DNA from: Candidatus Eiseniibacteriota bacterium
GTDB taxonomy: Bacteria; Eisenbacteria; RBG-16-71-46; CAVPCR01
Assembly (NCBI GenBank): GCA_963823555.1
Contig: CAWGMA010000003.1
Location: 320,001-384,000, forward strand
DNA: 64,000 nt
Direction: 5' to 3'
Each line of letters opens with the position of its first letter. Positions within the stretch are counted from its first letter, which is position 1. The notes beneath the pieces were generated by a model that was not told the origin of the DNA, made no database searches, and worked only from the letters and a program-made list of their open reading frames with translations. Shown piece after piece: positions 9,676 through 19,406 of this stretch. Both the position numbers and the translations under genes were made by a program.

Positions 9676-10587
9676 ATGAGCACCGATCCCATCCACATCC
9701 CCATTGCTGCAACCGGGCCGGCGACGACGAGCCCGGCCCGCCACCGCCGCCATCCCGACTGGCTCAAGGTGAAGCTGCCAGGGGGGCCGGGCTACGAGCG
9801 CCTGCGCGGGATGCTCCACGGCCTCCGTCTCAACACGGTGTGCGAGGAGGCCCTGTGCCCCAACGTCGGCGAATGCTGGGGGCAAGGCACGGCCACGTTC
9901 ATGATCCTCGGCGACATCTGCACGCGCGGCTGCCGCTACTGCGCGGTCGACAAGGGGCATCCCGTCGGCCTCGATCGGGAGGAGCCGGCACGCGTCGCCG
10001 AGGCGGTCGAGCGCATGGGGCTCCGGCATGCCGTTGTGACCTCGGTCGATCGCGACGATCTCATGGATGGCGGAGCCGAGATCTTCGCGGCGACGATCCG
10101 CGCCATCCGGGCTCGCGTTCCGGCCTGTGCCGTGGAGGTGCTGATCCCCGACTTCCAGGGTCGGGAGGAGAGCCTCAGTCATGTGCTCGCCGCGCGTCCC
10201 GATGTCCTCAACCACAACATCGAGACCGTGCCCCGGCTCTACCCACGGATCCGCCTCGGTGGCGACTATCCGCTCTCGCTCGAGCTCCTCGGCCGGTCGC
10301 GCCGGATCGACCCCACCATCCCTACGAAGTCGGGACTCATGCTCGGGCTGGGCGAAACCAACGAAGAGGTGCTCGAAGTGATGCGTGATCTGCGCCGCGT
10401 CGAGTGCGAGATCCTCACCCTCGGTCAGTACCTGCAGCCGACGAAGAAGCACACCGCGGTGGCGCGCTACCTGCATCCGGACGAGTTCGCTGAGCTCCAT
10501 GCCAAGGGGATGGCCATGGGCTTCCGCCATGTGGAATCGGGCCCCCTGGTGCGCAGTTCCTACCACGCCGAACGGCATGTCGAGTGA
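9676..10587 (+). CDS. lipA: lipoyl synthase
   Basis: CEEALCPNVGEC, CTRGCRYC radical SAM motif, C-terminal RSSY. Confidence 0.97.
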   Translation: MSTDPIHIPIAATGPATTSPARHRRHPDWLKVKLPGGPGYERLRGMLHGLRLNTVCEEALCPNVGECWGQGTATFMILGDICTRGCRYCAVDKGHPVGLDREEPARVAEAVERMGLRHAVVTSVDRDDLMDGGAEIFAATIRAIRARVPACAVEVLIPDFQGREESLSHVLAARPDVLNHNIETVPRLYPRIRLGGDYPLSLELLGRSRRIDPTIPTKSGLMLGLGETNEEVLEVMRDLRRVECEILTLGQYLQPTKKHTAVARYLHPDEFAELHAKGMAMGFRHVESGPLVRSSYHAERHVE

Positions 10588-10638
10588 TCGCAGATGATCG
10601 TCTCTGTCACGAACGCCGCGCGAGCGGAGGAGAAGACC

Positions 10639-12066
10639 GTGAACGGTGAGCTTGCCAACTATGATGTCGTCGTCATCGGGTCCGGGCCAGGCGGCTATGT
10701 TTGCGCCGTGCGTGCCGCGCAGCTCGGGCAGAAGACCGCTCTCGTCGAGAAGGAAGCGACGCTCGGCGGGACGTGTCTCAATGTCGGCTGCATTCCAACC
10801 AAGGCTCTCCTCCACAGCGCCGATGTGCTTCACGATTTCAACCGCGCCAAGGATTATGGCATCGCCGCCGAAGGCGGCGCGCACGTCGACATGGCGGCCC
10901 TCGATCAGTACCGCACCCGGGTGGTGACCAAGAACACCAAGGGTGTGGAGTTCTTGATGAAGAAGAACAAGGTCGACGTGGTGCGGGGCGTGGGCCGGCT
11001 CGCCGGCGCGGGGAAGGTCACGGTCACCGCCGCCGACGGCTCGACGCGAACGCTCGCCGCCCGCCACGTCGTGCTCGCGCTCGGTTCGGTGGCGCGCTCG
11101 CTCCCGGGCTTCGAGTTCGACGGCGAGCGGGTCATCTCGAGCACCGAGGCCCTCACGCTCAAGAAGGTGCCCGAGTCGATGGCCATTCTCGGCGCCGGCG
11201 CCATCGGGGTCGAGTTCGCCTCGATCTACAGCCGCTTCGGTTCGCAGGTGACGGTGGTCGAGCTCCTGCCGCATCTCCTCCCGCTCGAGGACGAGGAGAT
11301 CTCGGCCGAGCTCGAGCGCGCCTTCCGCAAGCAGGAGATCGCGTTCATGACCGGCGCCCGCGCCGAGGGCGTGGATCGGAGCGGCAAGAAGCTCGCGCTC
11401 AAGGTGAAGGACAAGGACGGCAAGGATCACACCATCGCTTGCGACGTCCTCCTGGTCGCCGTCGGCCGCGGGCCCGCCACCGCCGGCGCCGGCCTCGAGG
11501 AAGCCGGGATCACCATGGAACGAGGTTACGTCAAGGTCGACGACTTCATGCGCACCTCGACGGCCGGCGTCTATGCCATCGGCGACATCGTCGCCCTCGA
11601 GGATCGCGCGCACCCCCAGCTCGCGCACCTCGCTTCACATGAGGGGATCCTCGTTGCCGAGCACATCGCCGGCCTCGAGCCCCGGCCGATCAACTACGAC
11701 CTGGTGCCGGGAGCCACCTACTCTTCGCCGGAGGTGGCCGCCGTCGGTCTCACCGAGGCGGAGGCCAGGAAGCAGGGATACGAGGTCCGGGTGGGCCGTT
11801 TCCCCTTCTCGGCCAACTCCAAGTCGAGCATTCTCCTCGAGTCGATCGGGTTCGTGAAGATCGTGGCCGACGCCAGGTACGACCAGGTGCTGGGAGTGCA
11901 CATCATCGGACCCAAGGCGACCGAGCTCATCAACGAGTGCGTGACCGCGCTCGGGCTCGAGGTGACGAGCGAGGAGCTCCATCGCGCGATCCATGCCCAT
12001 CCCACGCTGTCGGAGGCGGTGATGGAGGCGGCGCACGCAGTCGAGGGGCATCCGATCCACCTCTAA
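10639..12066 (+). CDS. lpdA: dihydrolipoyl dehydrogenase (E3)
   Basis: GSGPGG, GGTCLNVGCIP, HAHPTLSE; GTG 10639 preceded by GGAGG. Confidence 0.95.
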   Translation: MNGELANYDVVVIGSGPGGYVCAVRAAQLGQKTALVEKEATLGGTCLNVGCIPTKALLHSADVLHDFNRAKDYGIAAEGGAHVDMAALDQYRTRVVTKNTKGVEFLMKKNKVDVVRGVGRLAGAGKVTVTAADGSTRTLAARHVVLALGSVARSLPGFEFDGERVISSTEALTLKKVPESMAILGAGAIGVEFASIYSRFGSQVTVVELLPHLLPLEDEEISAELERAFRKQEIAFMTGARAEGVDRSGKKLALKVKDKDGKDHTIACDVLLVAVGRGPATAGAGLEEAGITMERGYVKVDDFMRTSTAGVYAIGDIVALEDRAHPQLAHLASHEGILVAEHIAGLEPRPINYDLVPGATYSSPEVAAVGLTEAEARKQGYEVRVGRFPFSANSKSSILLESIGFVKIVADARYDQVLGVHIIGPKATELINECVTALGLEVTSEELHRAIHAHPTLSEAVMEAAHAVEGHPIHL

Positions 12067-12090
12067 CCCACGCATGAATCCATCACGCCG

Positions 12091-13068
12091 GTGAAGCACT
12101 ACACATACCTCGAAGCCATCCGCATGGCGCTCGCCGAGGAGATGCGGCGCGATCCCCGTGTCTTTCTCATGGGCGAGGACATTGGCGCCTACGGTGGCGC
12201 CTTCCGCGTCACGGCGGGACTCCTTGCCGAGTTCGGTCCCGAGCGCATCATCGATACGCCGATCACCGAGGCGGGCCTGGTCGGCGCGGCGATCGGCGCC
12301 GCTCTCATGGGACAGCGCCCGGTGGTCGAGATGCAGTTCATGGATTTCCTGTCCAATGGGTTCCAGCTGGTCACCAACTTCGCCGCCAAGTGTCACTATC
12401 GCTGGGGTGCGGCGGTGCCGATGGTGATCCGCGGGCCGGCCGGCGGCGGGGTCGGCGCCGGTCCCTTCCACTCGCAGAACGTCGAGGCCTACTACCTGCA
12501 CACGCCCGGCCTCAAGATCGTCGCTCCGGCCACGGCGAGCGATGCCCGGGGGCTGCTCAAGGCCGCCATCCGGGATCCCAACCCGGTTCTCTACTTCGAG
12601 CACAAGTTCCTGTACCGGCATGTCAAGGAAGCCCTGGATGTAGCGGGCGACGGCCTGATCCCCATCGGGCAAGCGGCGATCCGGCGGCCCGGGCGGGCGC
12701 TGACGGTCGTCACCTTCGGGGCCATGGTGCAGCGGGCGATGGCCGCGGCCGAGGTGCTCGCGGGCGAGGGGATCGAGGTCGAGGTGGTCGATCTGCGGAG
12801 CCTGAACCCGTGGCACGAGGAACTCGTCTACGGGTCGGTCCGCCGTACGGGAAGGGCGCTCGTGCTGCACGAGGCGTCGCGGACCGGAGGCGTCGGCGCC
12901 GAGTATGCGGCGGCCATCGGCGAGGCCTGTTTCGAGTGGCTGGATGCGCCGGTCGAACGCGTGGCCGCGCTCGATGTCCCGATTCCCTACCATCATGACC
13001 TCGAACGTGCGGTGCTGCCATCGCTCGAAGTCATCGTCGATCGTGCGCGTGCCCTGGCCCGCTACTGA
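12091..13068 (+). CDS. 2-oxoacid dehydrogenase E1 beta subunit
   Basis: GEDIG.YGG.F, DTPITEAG, FHSQN, FEHK. Confidence 0.93.
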   Translation: MKHYTYLEAIRMALAEEMRRDPRVFLMGEDIGAYGGAFRVTAGLLAEFGPERIIDTPITEAGLVGAAIGAALMGQRPVVEMQFMDFLSNGFQLVTNFAAKCHYRWGAAVPMVIRGPAGGGVGAGPFHSQNVEAYYLHTPGLKIVAPATASDARGLLKAAIRDPNPVLYFEHKFLYRHVKEALDVAGDGLIPIGQAAIRRPGRALTVVTFGAMVQRAMAAAEVLAGEGIEVEVVDLRSLNPWHEELVYGSVRRTGRALVLHEASRTGGVGAEYAAAIGEACFEWLDAPVERVAALDVPIPYHHDLERAVLPSLEVIVDRARALARY

Positions 13069-13110
13069 TTCCTCACGTACCGGGCGCCGCCGTTGCTCGT
13101 CGGGCCGATC

Positions 13111-13119
13111 TGCTAAGAT
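13111..13119 (+). promoter_or_regulatory. extended -10 promoter for the selenoprotein gene
   Basis: TGCTAAGAT about 50 nt upstream of AAGGAG RBS and ATG 13171. Confidence 0.5.
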
Positions 13120-13170
13120 GAAGAGGTCCCCGATCAGAGGCTTCGATGGTTCCGTGTGTAAGGAGACCCC

Positions 13171-13734
13171 ATGAAGTTCCCCGGCTTCTCCCTCATCCTC
13201 GCGCTCTGGATCGCGCTCCTCATGGGGCCCGGATGCGGTGACGACGACCCATCCCCCAACCAGCCGCCCGACGGCACGGTGGCCGCCGACTTCACCCTGC
13301 TGGATGTGAACGCCCACTCGGGCACGTTCGAGCAGGGCGTGTCGCCCCGCCAGTTCGAGGGCCGGATCTCGGCCTGGTACTTCGGGGCCGCCACCTGAGG
13401 GTACTGCCGTGGCCAGTTCGGCCACCTCGACACGATGCAGGACGAGCTGGCCGCCGAGGAGCTCGCTCTTGACGGGCAGATTCTCGGGGTCAACGAGGCG
13501 GGAGCCGAGGGTGGGGTCGAGGCCATGTGTCTGGGCCGGGATCTCCCCCTGTTGCAGGACACCTCGACCGCTCAGGTGTGGGGCGCGTGGGAAGTGGCCT
13601 ACCGGGATGTCGTCGTCCTCGACGCGGAGAACCGCATCATCACGATCTACAACTTGAGCGAACATGACCTCGGCCAGCCGGCGAACTACGAGGCGCTGAA
13701 GGCGATCCTCCGCACCGCTGCCGCAGGGAATTGA
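13171..13734 (+). CDS. selenocysteine-containing redoxin (AhpC/TSA-thioredoxin fold) lipoprotein, UxxC active site, 187 aa
   Basis: ORFs 13171-13398 and 13435-13734 are in one frame joined by TGA 13396-13398, giving WYFGAAT-U-GYC; lipoprotein signal (..LLMGPGC); DFTLLD redoxin motif; SECIS-like hairpin just downstream. Confidence 0.85.
13409..13425 (+). promoter_or_regulatory. bacterial SECIS-like element
   Basis: Stem GTGGCC / loop AGTTC / GGCCAC starting 10 nt after the UGA; G at loop position 2 followed by U. Confidence 0.75.
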
Positions 13735-13748
13735 AAGGAGGGGCGACC

Positions 13749-15971
13749 ATGGCTCGCTCCATCATCGCTCGCCGATGGGGGCTCGCGCTCCTCGTCGCCG
13801 GCATCCTCGCGGCGACGCCAGCCACCGCCGATCGGGTCGGCGACCGTCTCGCGGGGCTCCTCGGCGAATTACCCGCGGAGGAGATCCCGACGGGTGTCCT
13901 CATCGACCGCGTGCTCGAGCTCGCGCCGCTCACGGATCATGATGGGACCGCAGCGTCCATGCCGGTGACCCTTCGTGACTGGCGCCAGATGCTCCACCAG
14001 ATCTCGCGGGCATCCCTCGCGCCGCCCTCCTGGTCCGATCTCGAGGCGGTCACCGCCCAGGCTCAACCCCTGATCGACGCCGGCGTGATTCCCATCGCGA
14101 TCATGAACTTCCGCTACGATCGGATCCGCCGCGATGCGCTCGAAACCGGAGCGCTGGTGGCGCGCGAGGGGCGCCTCACGATCGGCGTCGGAGATGCCTT
14201 CACGATCGGGCGCGCCTTCGCCGCCAGTGCGCTTCGTGATGACACCCATCGCGGGCATCACATCGTGTTCGCCCTCGATCGCGACATCTACCTCACGAAC
14301 GATCCGGTACGACCGCTCAGGTTCGAGATCGATTTCGACGACGGGAACGGCTATGTCGCGGCGGCCTTCGGCGAACGACGCGCCGTCCGCTACCTCCTGA
14401 GCGGGCGGAAAGTGGTCAGGCTGCGCATGACGCTGGCCGATGGCAGCGTCCAGCATGGCGCCTTCGAGTTCGATGTGCGCGCCCTCGACACTCCGGCTCC
14501 CGACGATACGCTGCACGTGACCGCCTCGATCCCGTTCAATGGCGGATTGGGCACCGGAGATGCGTACGTCTATCTGGCCCCCGGCCACGCCGCGCTCGTC
14601 AATCCGGTGGTGTTGCTCGAGGGTTTCGACCTCGACAACAGCATGAACTGGGACGAGCTCTATGCCCTGCTCAACCGGGAGGAGCTGATCGAGACCCTGC
14701 GCCTGCGCGGCTACGACGCGGTGGTGCTCAACTTCGGCGATGCCGTCGATTTCATCCAGCGGAACGCCTTTGTCGCGGTCGAGCTCCTCGCACAGATCCA
14801 GGGCATGATCGCGCCCGGCCAGACGGTGGTCCTCGCCGGGGCCAGCATGGGCGGGCTCGTCGGGCGCTATGCGCTCGCCTACATGGAGATGAACGCGTTG
14901 CCGCACGCGGTGCGGACCTTCATCTCCTTCGATTCCCCCCAGAACGGGGCCGCCATCCCGCTCGGGATCCAGTACTGGCTCTGGTTCTTCGCCGATCAGT
15001 CGCCGGAGGCCGCGGCCTTGCTCGCCGCCCTCGATGCGCCCGCGGCGCGACAGATGCTCGTCTATCACCACACCGATCCGCCGGGCGCGACGGGAGAGAG
15101 CGATCCCCTACGGTTCGCGCTTGCCGCCGAGCTCTCGGCGCTCGGGGATTACCCTTCCGGGCCGCGCCTGGTCGCGATCGCCAACGGCAGCGGGGCGCGA
15201 ACCGGGCAGGGCTTCAACCCCGCCGCGCAGTTGATCCGCTGGGAATACTCGAACTGGTACATCGACCTGATCGGCAACGTATGGGCCGTGCCCGATGGGG
15301 CGAGCGCCACCATCTTCCGCGGGCTCATCGACATCATCCTCCTGCCGCCCGATGAGCTCACGGTCACGGTGGCCGGAACCCAGCCCTACGACAATGCTCC
15401 CGGCGGGTGGCGGAACTCGATGGCGGAGATGGCGGCGACCCCGGCACCCTACGGCGACATCATCGCGCTCCATCCCAACCACTGCTTCATCCCATCCACG
15501 AGCGCCCTGGCTCTCGACACGAGCGATCTCTTCTACGACATCGCGGGCGATCCCGATCTCCTCGCGCACACGCCCTTCGATGCCGCCTACTTCCCGCTCG
15601 CCAACGAGGAGCACGTTGCCATCACGCCCGAGAACGCCGCCTTCATCCTCGCCGAGGTCGAGGGCGGTACGGTCGCGATCGCGGAGCCGGTTCCGAGCGT
15701 GGCGCGAGTCGAGCTCGCCACACGGAATCCGATCGCGAGCGAGGCGCTCATCCGCTACGCGCTGCCCCACGCCGGTCCCGTCCGGCTGTCGGTCATCGAT
15801 GTCCTGGGCCGGGAGGTGGCCCGGCTCGTCGATCGCCCGCTCACGGCCGGGGCGGGCGAGGTGGTCTGGAGCGCACGGAATGCCGGCGGATCCCGGGTCG
15901 CGGCCGGGGTCTACTTCGTCCAGCTCAGGGGATCGGATTTCTCCACCGCCACGAAGGTGCTCGTCGAGTGA
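13749..15971 (+). CDS. secreted lipase-like alpha/beta hydrolase with C-terminal FlgD-Ig/T9SS-like domain
   Basis: Signal peptide, LEGFD, GASMGGLVGRYAL, FDSPQNGA, tail DVLGREV...AAGVYFVQL; GGAGG RBS before ATG 13749. Confidence 0.8.
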   Translation: MARSIIARRWGLALLVAGILAATPATADRVGDRLAGLLGELPAEEIPTGVLIDRVLELAPLTDHDGTAASMPVTLRDWRQMLHQISRASLAPPSWSDLEAVTAQAQPLIDAGVIPIAIMNFRYDRIRRDALETGALVAREGRLTIGVGDAFTIGRAFAASALRDDTHRGHHIVFALDRDIYLTNDPVRPLRFEIDFDDGNGYVAAAFGERRAVRYLLSGRKVVRLRMTLADGSVQHGAFEFDVRALDTPAPDDTLHVTASIPFNGGLGTGDAYVYLAPGHAALVNPVVLLEGFDLDNSMNWDELYALLNREELIETLRLRGYDAVVLNFGDAVDFIQRNAFVAVELLAQIQGMIAPGQTVVLAGASMGGLVGRYALAYMEMNALPHAVRTFISFDSPQNGAAIPLGIQYWLWFFADQSPEAAALLAALDAPAARQMLVYHHTDPPGATGESDPLRFALAAELSALGDYPSGPRLVAIANGSGARTGQGFNPAAQLIRWEYSNWYIDLIGNVWAVPDGASATIFRGLIDIILLPPDELTVTVAGTQPYDNAPGGWRNSMAEMAATPAPYGDIIALHPNHCFIPSTSALALDTSDLFYDIAGDPDLLAHTPFDAAYFPLANEEHVAITPENAAFILAEVEGGTVAIAEPVPSVARVELATRNPIASEALIRYALPHAGPVRLSVIDVLGREVARLVDRPLTAGAGEVVWSARNAGGSRVAAGVYFVQLRGSDFSTATKVLVE

Positions 15972-16244
15972 GTCGAACCGGCTGACGGCCCGCCTGTCCC
16001 CCGGTCACGCAGTCGGAAAAAAAGTCAGCCGGGCCCCGGCCGCGACCTGTGCCCAGGAGTCAACTGCCAACGCAGCAACCACTTGTGCTAGAAGAATCCG
16101 GGGTCCGGGTTATGCACGGAAGGAACCTGGCGTTAGCGCCCCGGGCCGCGGACGGCGGTGAGGCGCTTCCCCACTACCAAGGGTCCCGAGGGGCGCCCGC
16201 GCCACGATGCGCGCGGCAGCCGGACCCGACGAGGGTTTGATCCA

Positions 16245-18560
16245 ATGCTCATTCGCACGAAGGATGTTCTCGAGTACCACGCCCAGGGACGGCCCGGGAA
16301 GGTACAGGTCGTTCCCACCAAGCCCTGCCTCACGCAGCGCGATCTTTCGATGGCCTACACGCCGGGGGTCGCCGAGCCGTGCCGCGCCATCGTCAAGGAT
16401 CCGCACGATGTCTTCAAGTACACGGCCAAGGGCAATCTGGTGGCCGTCATCACCGACGGCACCGCGGTTCTCGGTCTCGGCAACATCGGGCCGGAGGCCG
16501 GCAAGCCGGTCATGGAGGGGAAGGGAGTCCTCTTCAAGCGCTTTGCCGATATCGATGTCTTCGACATCGAGCTACGCACCAGCTCGATCGAGGAGTTCAT
16601 CTCGGTCGTCAAGGCGCTCGAGCCCACGTTCGGTGGCATCAACATCGAGGACGTGAAGGCTCCCGAGTGCTTCGTCATCGAGGAGCGCCTGAAGGAAATG
16701 CTCGATATCCCGGTCTTTCATGATGACCAGCATGGGACCGCGATCATCGCCTCGGCGGCGCTCGTCAACGCGTGCGAGGTCGCCGAGAAGGACATCTCCA
16801 AGGTGCGGGTCGTCTTCTCCGGCGCCGGCGCTTCCGCGATCGCCACGTCGAAGATGTTCGTCCAGATGGGCGCGCGCAGAGAGAACATCTTGTTCGTGGA
16901 TCGCGCCGGGGTCATCTACAAGGGTCGCGACCAGGACATGAACCCCTACAAGGAAGTGATCGCCGCGGACACGTCCGCGCGCACTCTTCCCGAGGCGATG
17001 GCGGGCGCCGATGTCTTCGTCGGGCTCTCGATCGGCGGCCTGGTCAGCGAGGAGATGGTGCGCTCGATGGCGCGCAAACCGATCGTGTTCGCCATGGCCA
17101 ACCCCGATCCGGAGATCGGCTACGAGGAGGCCAAGCGGGCGCGTCCCGACATCCTCATGGCCACCGGCCGCTCCGATTTCCCGAACCAGGTCAACAACGT
17201 GCTCGGGTTCCCCTTCATCTTCCGCGGCGCGCTCGACGTCAGGGCGCGAGCGATCAATGACGAGATGAAGGCGGCGGCCTCGCACGCGCTGGCGGCCCTG
17301 GCCCGCGAGGATGTGCCCGATGTCGTGCGGCGGAGCTACGGCGATGCGCCGCTTCACTTCGGCCCCGAGTACCTGATCCCGAAGCCGTTCGACCCGCGCG
17401 TGCTCTTGTGGGAGGCGAGCGCGGTGGCCAAGGCGGCGATGGAGACCGGGGTGGCGCGCGAGCCGATCGCCGATCTCGACGCCTATCGTGATCATCTCGA
17501 GGGCCTGCTCGGACGCTCGCACCAGGTCATGCGCTCGATCATCCACAAGGCCCGGCGCGAGGCGGCGCGGATCGTCTTTCCGCGCGGCGGCGACGAGAAG
17601 GTGCTGCGCGCGAGCCAGGTCATTCTCGATGAGCGGATCGCCATTCCCATCCTGCTCGGCAACGTCGAGCGCATGAAGGCGCGAGCCCAGGAACTCGAGC
17701 TGGATCTCGACGGGGCGCAGATGCTCGATGTCGCGCAATCGCCGTCACTCGAGCGTTACGCGCAGAAGCTCTACGAGATGCGGCAGCGCAAGGGTGTCAC
17801 GCCGGCTCGGGCCCGCCGCATGCTCAGGGATCCCCAAGTCTACGCCATGATGATGGTGCACATGGGGGATGCCGACGGCGCCATCGCCGGTATCGAGCAC
17901 ACGTTCAGCGATGTCGTGCGCGCGGCCATCCAGATCGTCGGTCTCAAGCCCGGGATCAAGCGAGTGGCGGCCGCGCACATGATGGTGCTCGGCGATCGCC
18001 TGCTCTTCTTCGCCGACACCTCGGTCAACATCGAGCCCACCGCGGAGGAACTGGCAGAGATCGCCATGATCTCCGCCCGCACCGCACGTCGCTTCGACAT
18101 CATTCCCAAGGTGGCGATGGTCTCCTTCGCCAACTTCGGGGCGGTGCGGCATCCGCTCACCGAGAAGGTGGCGCGGGCGGTGCAGATCGTCCAGAAGGCG
18201 ATGCCGGATCTCGTGATCGACGGCGAGATGCAGTGCGATGCGGCCCTGGTGCCCGAGCTGGCCACGCGCAACTTCCCGCACTCGCGCATCGCCGGCGACG
18301 CCCGAGTCCTCATCTTCCCGGATCTCGCCTCGGCCAACGTGGCGTTCAAGCTCCTGCACGTCCTGGCGGGCGTCAACGCCATCGGTCCGATCATGATGGG
18401 GATGGCGCGCCCGGTGAACGTCCTCGACTACACCGTATCGGTGGAGACGATCGCCCACATGGCGGCGGTGACCGCGGTCCAGGCGGAGACCCAGGAGCCG
18501 CCGGCGGCGCGACCCGCGGCCGCCCGGGAAGCGCCCCGGACCGCAGCCGCTCCTGCCTAG
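16245..18560 (+). CDS. maeB: NADP-dependent malic enzyme fused to a phosphotransacetylase-like domain
   Basis: AYTPGVAEPC, GKPVMEGK, HDDQHGT, TGRSDFPNQVNN, C-terminal PTA-like DGEMQ.DAAL. Confidence 0.95.
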   Translation: MLIRTKDVLEYHAQGRPGKVQVVPTKPCLTQRDLSMAYTPGVAEPCRAIVKDPHDVFKYTAKGNLVAVITDGTAVLGLGNIGPEAGKPVMEGKGVLFKRFADIDVFDIELRTSSIEEFISVVKALEPTFGGINIEDVKAPECFVIEERLKEMLDIPVFHDDQHGTAIIASAALVNACEVAEKDISKVRVVFSGAGASAIATSKMFVQMGARRENILFVDRAGVIYKGRDQDMNPYKEVIAADTSARTLPEAMAGADVFVGLSIGGLVSEEMVRSMARKPIVFAMANPDPEIGYEEAKRARPDILMATGRSDFPNQVNNVLGFPFIFRGALDVRARAINDEMKAAASHALAALAREDVPDVVRRSYGDAPLHFGPEYLIPKPFDPRVLLWEASAVAKAAMETGVAREPIADLDAYRDHLEGLLGRSHQVMRSIIHKARREAARIVFPRGGDEKVLRASQVILDERIAIPILLGNVERMKARAQELELDLDGAQMLDVAQSPSLERYAQKLYEMRQRKGVTPARARRMLRDPQVYAMMMVHMGDADGAIAGIEHTFSDVVRAAIQIVGLKPGIKRVAAAHMMVLGDRLLFFADTSVNIEPTAEELAEIAMISARTARRFDIIPKVAMVSFANFGAVRHPLTEKVARAVQIVQKAMPDLVIDGEMQCDAALVPELATRNFPHSRIAGDARVLIFPDLASANVAFKLLHVLAGVNAIGPIMMGMARPVNVLDYTVSVETIAHMAAVTAVQAETQEPPAARPAAAREAPRTAAAPA

Positions 18561-18624
18561 CCGGGCCAGAATGGAGCTAAGTCATTACTTAGAAGTCTTT
18601 TAGTGGGTTTCAGCGAGTTCGCGA

Positions 18625-18650
18625 AGACGGCCGGGGGTGACCCCGGCCGT
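18625..18650 (+). terminator. probable intrinsic terminator after maeB
   Basis: 11-bp stem GACGGCCGGGG-GTGA-CCCCGGCCGTC followed by CTCTT. Confidence 0.55.
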
Positions 18651-18758
18651 CCTCTTGGGTCGTGCTAGAATGGCCCGGCGTTTTGGTCCCGGCCGGCCGT
18701 TCCCGCTCGATCCCAACACCCCCGGCGTCGCCCCCGGGCTGAAGGAGGAAGCCAAGGG

Positions 18759-19406
18759 ATGAGCAAGCTCGTCCTCATCCGACACGGGCAGTCGCTATGG
18801 AACAGCGAGAACCGTTTCACAGGCTGGGTGGATGTCCCGCTCACCGAGCAGGGGCGTCGCGAGGCCCGCGTCGCGGCGCGGCTGGTCCGCAAGATCCAAT
18901 TCGATGTCGCCTACACCTCGGTCCTGTCGCGCGCCGAGGAGACACTCGCCATCATTCTCCAGGAGATCGACCAGGATCCGCCGGTGATTCGCGACCAGGC
19001 CCTGAACGAACGCCACTATGGTGACTTGCAGGGTCTCAACAAGGCCGAGATGGCGCAGCGCTTCGGGGCCGAGCAGGTCCATCTCTGGCGTCGCTCCTAT
19101 GATGTGGCGCCCCCGAACGGCGAGGCGCTCAAGAACACCGCCGAGCGCACGCTCCCCTTCTTCGAGCGAGCCATCCTGGGCGACGTCAAGCAAGGGAAGA
19201 ACGTACTGGTCGTGGCCCACGGCAACTCGAACCGATCCATCGTGATGCAGCTCGACAAGCTGAGCCCGGAGGAAGTGGTGAAGCTCGAGCTGGGAACCGG
19301 AGTGCCCCTCGTCTACGAGATGTCCGCCGGGGGCGAGGTCGAATCCAAGGAAATCCGCCAGCTTCCGGTCGAGGAAGCGGTCGAGCAGGCAAGAGGGAGC
19401 GTATGA
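18759..19406 (+). CDS. gpmA: 2,3-bisphosphoglycerate-dependent phosphoglycerate mutase
   Basis: LIRHGQS.WN, LNERHYG.LQG, AHGNS; extended -10 TGCTAGAAT at 18663-18671. Confidence 0.93.
   Translation: MSKLVLIRHGQSLWNSENRFTGWVDVPLTEQGRREARVAARLVRKIQFDVAYTSVLSRAEETLAIILQEIDQDPPVIRDQALNERHYGDLQGLNKAEMAQRFGAEQVHLWRRSYDVAPPNGEALKNTAERTLPFFERAILGDVKQGKNVLVVAHGNSNRSIVMQLDKLSPEEVVKLELGTGVPLVYEMSAGGEVESKEIRQLPVEEAVEQARGSV

Noticed and set aside
8260..11628. 1122-aa minus-strand ORF (and similar long ORFs 11635-13665, 19313-20986, 35853-37838, 37915-40695)
   Set aside because: Antisense or out-of-frame shadows of well-supported genes, expected at this GC content; no family motifs
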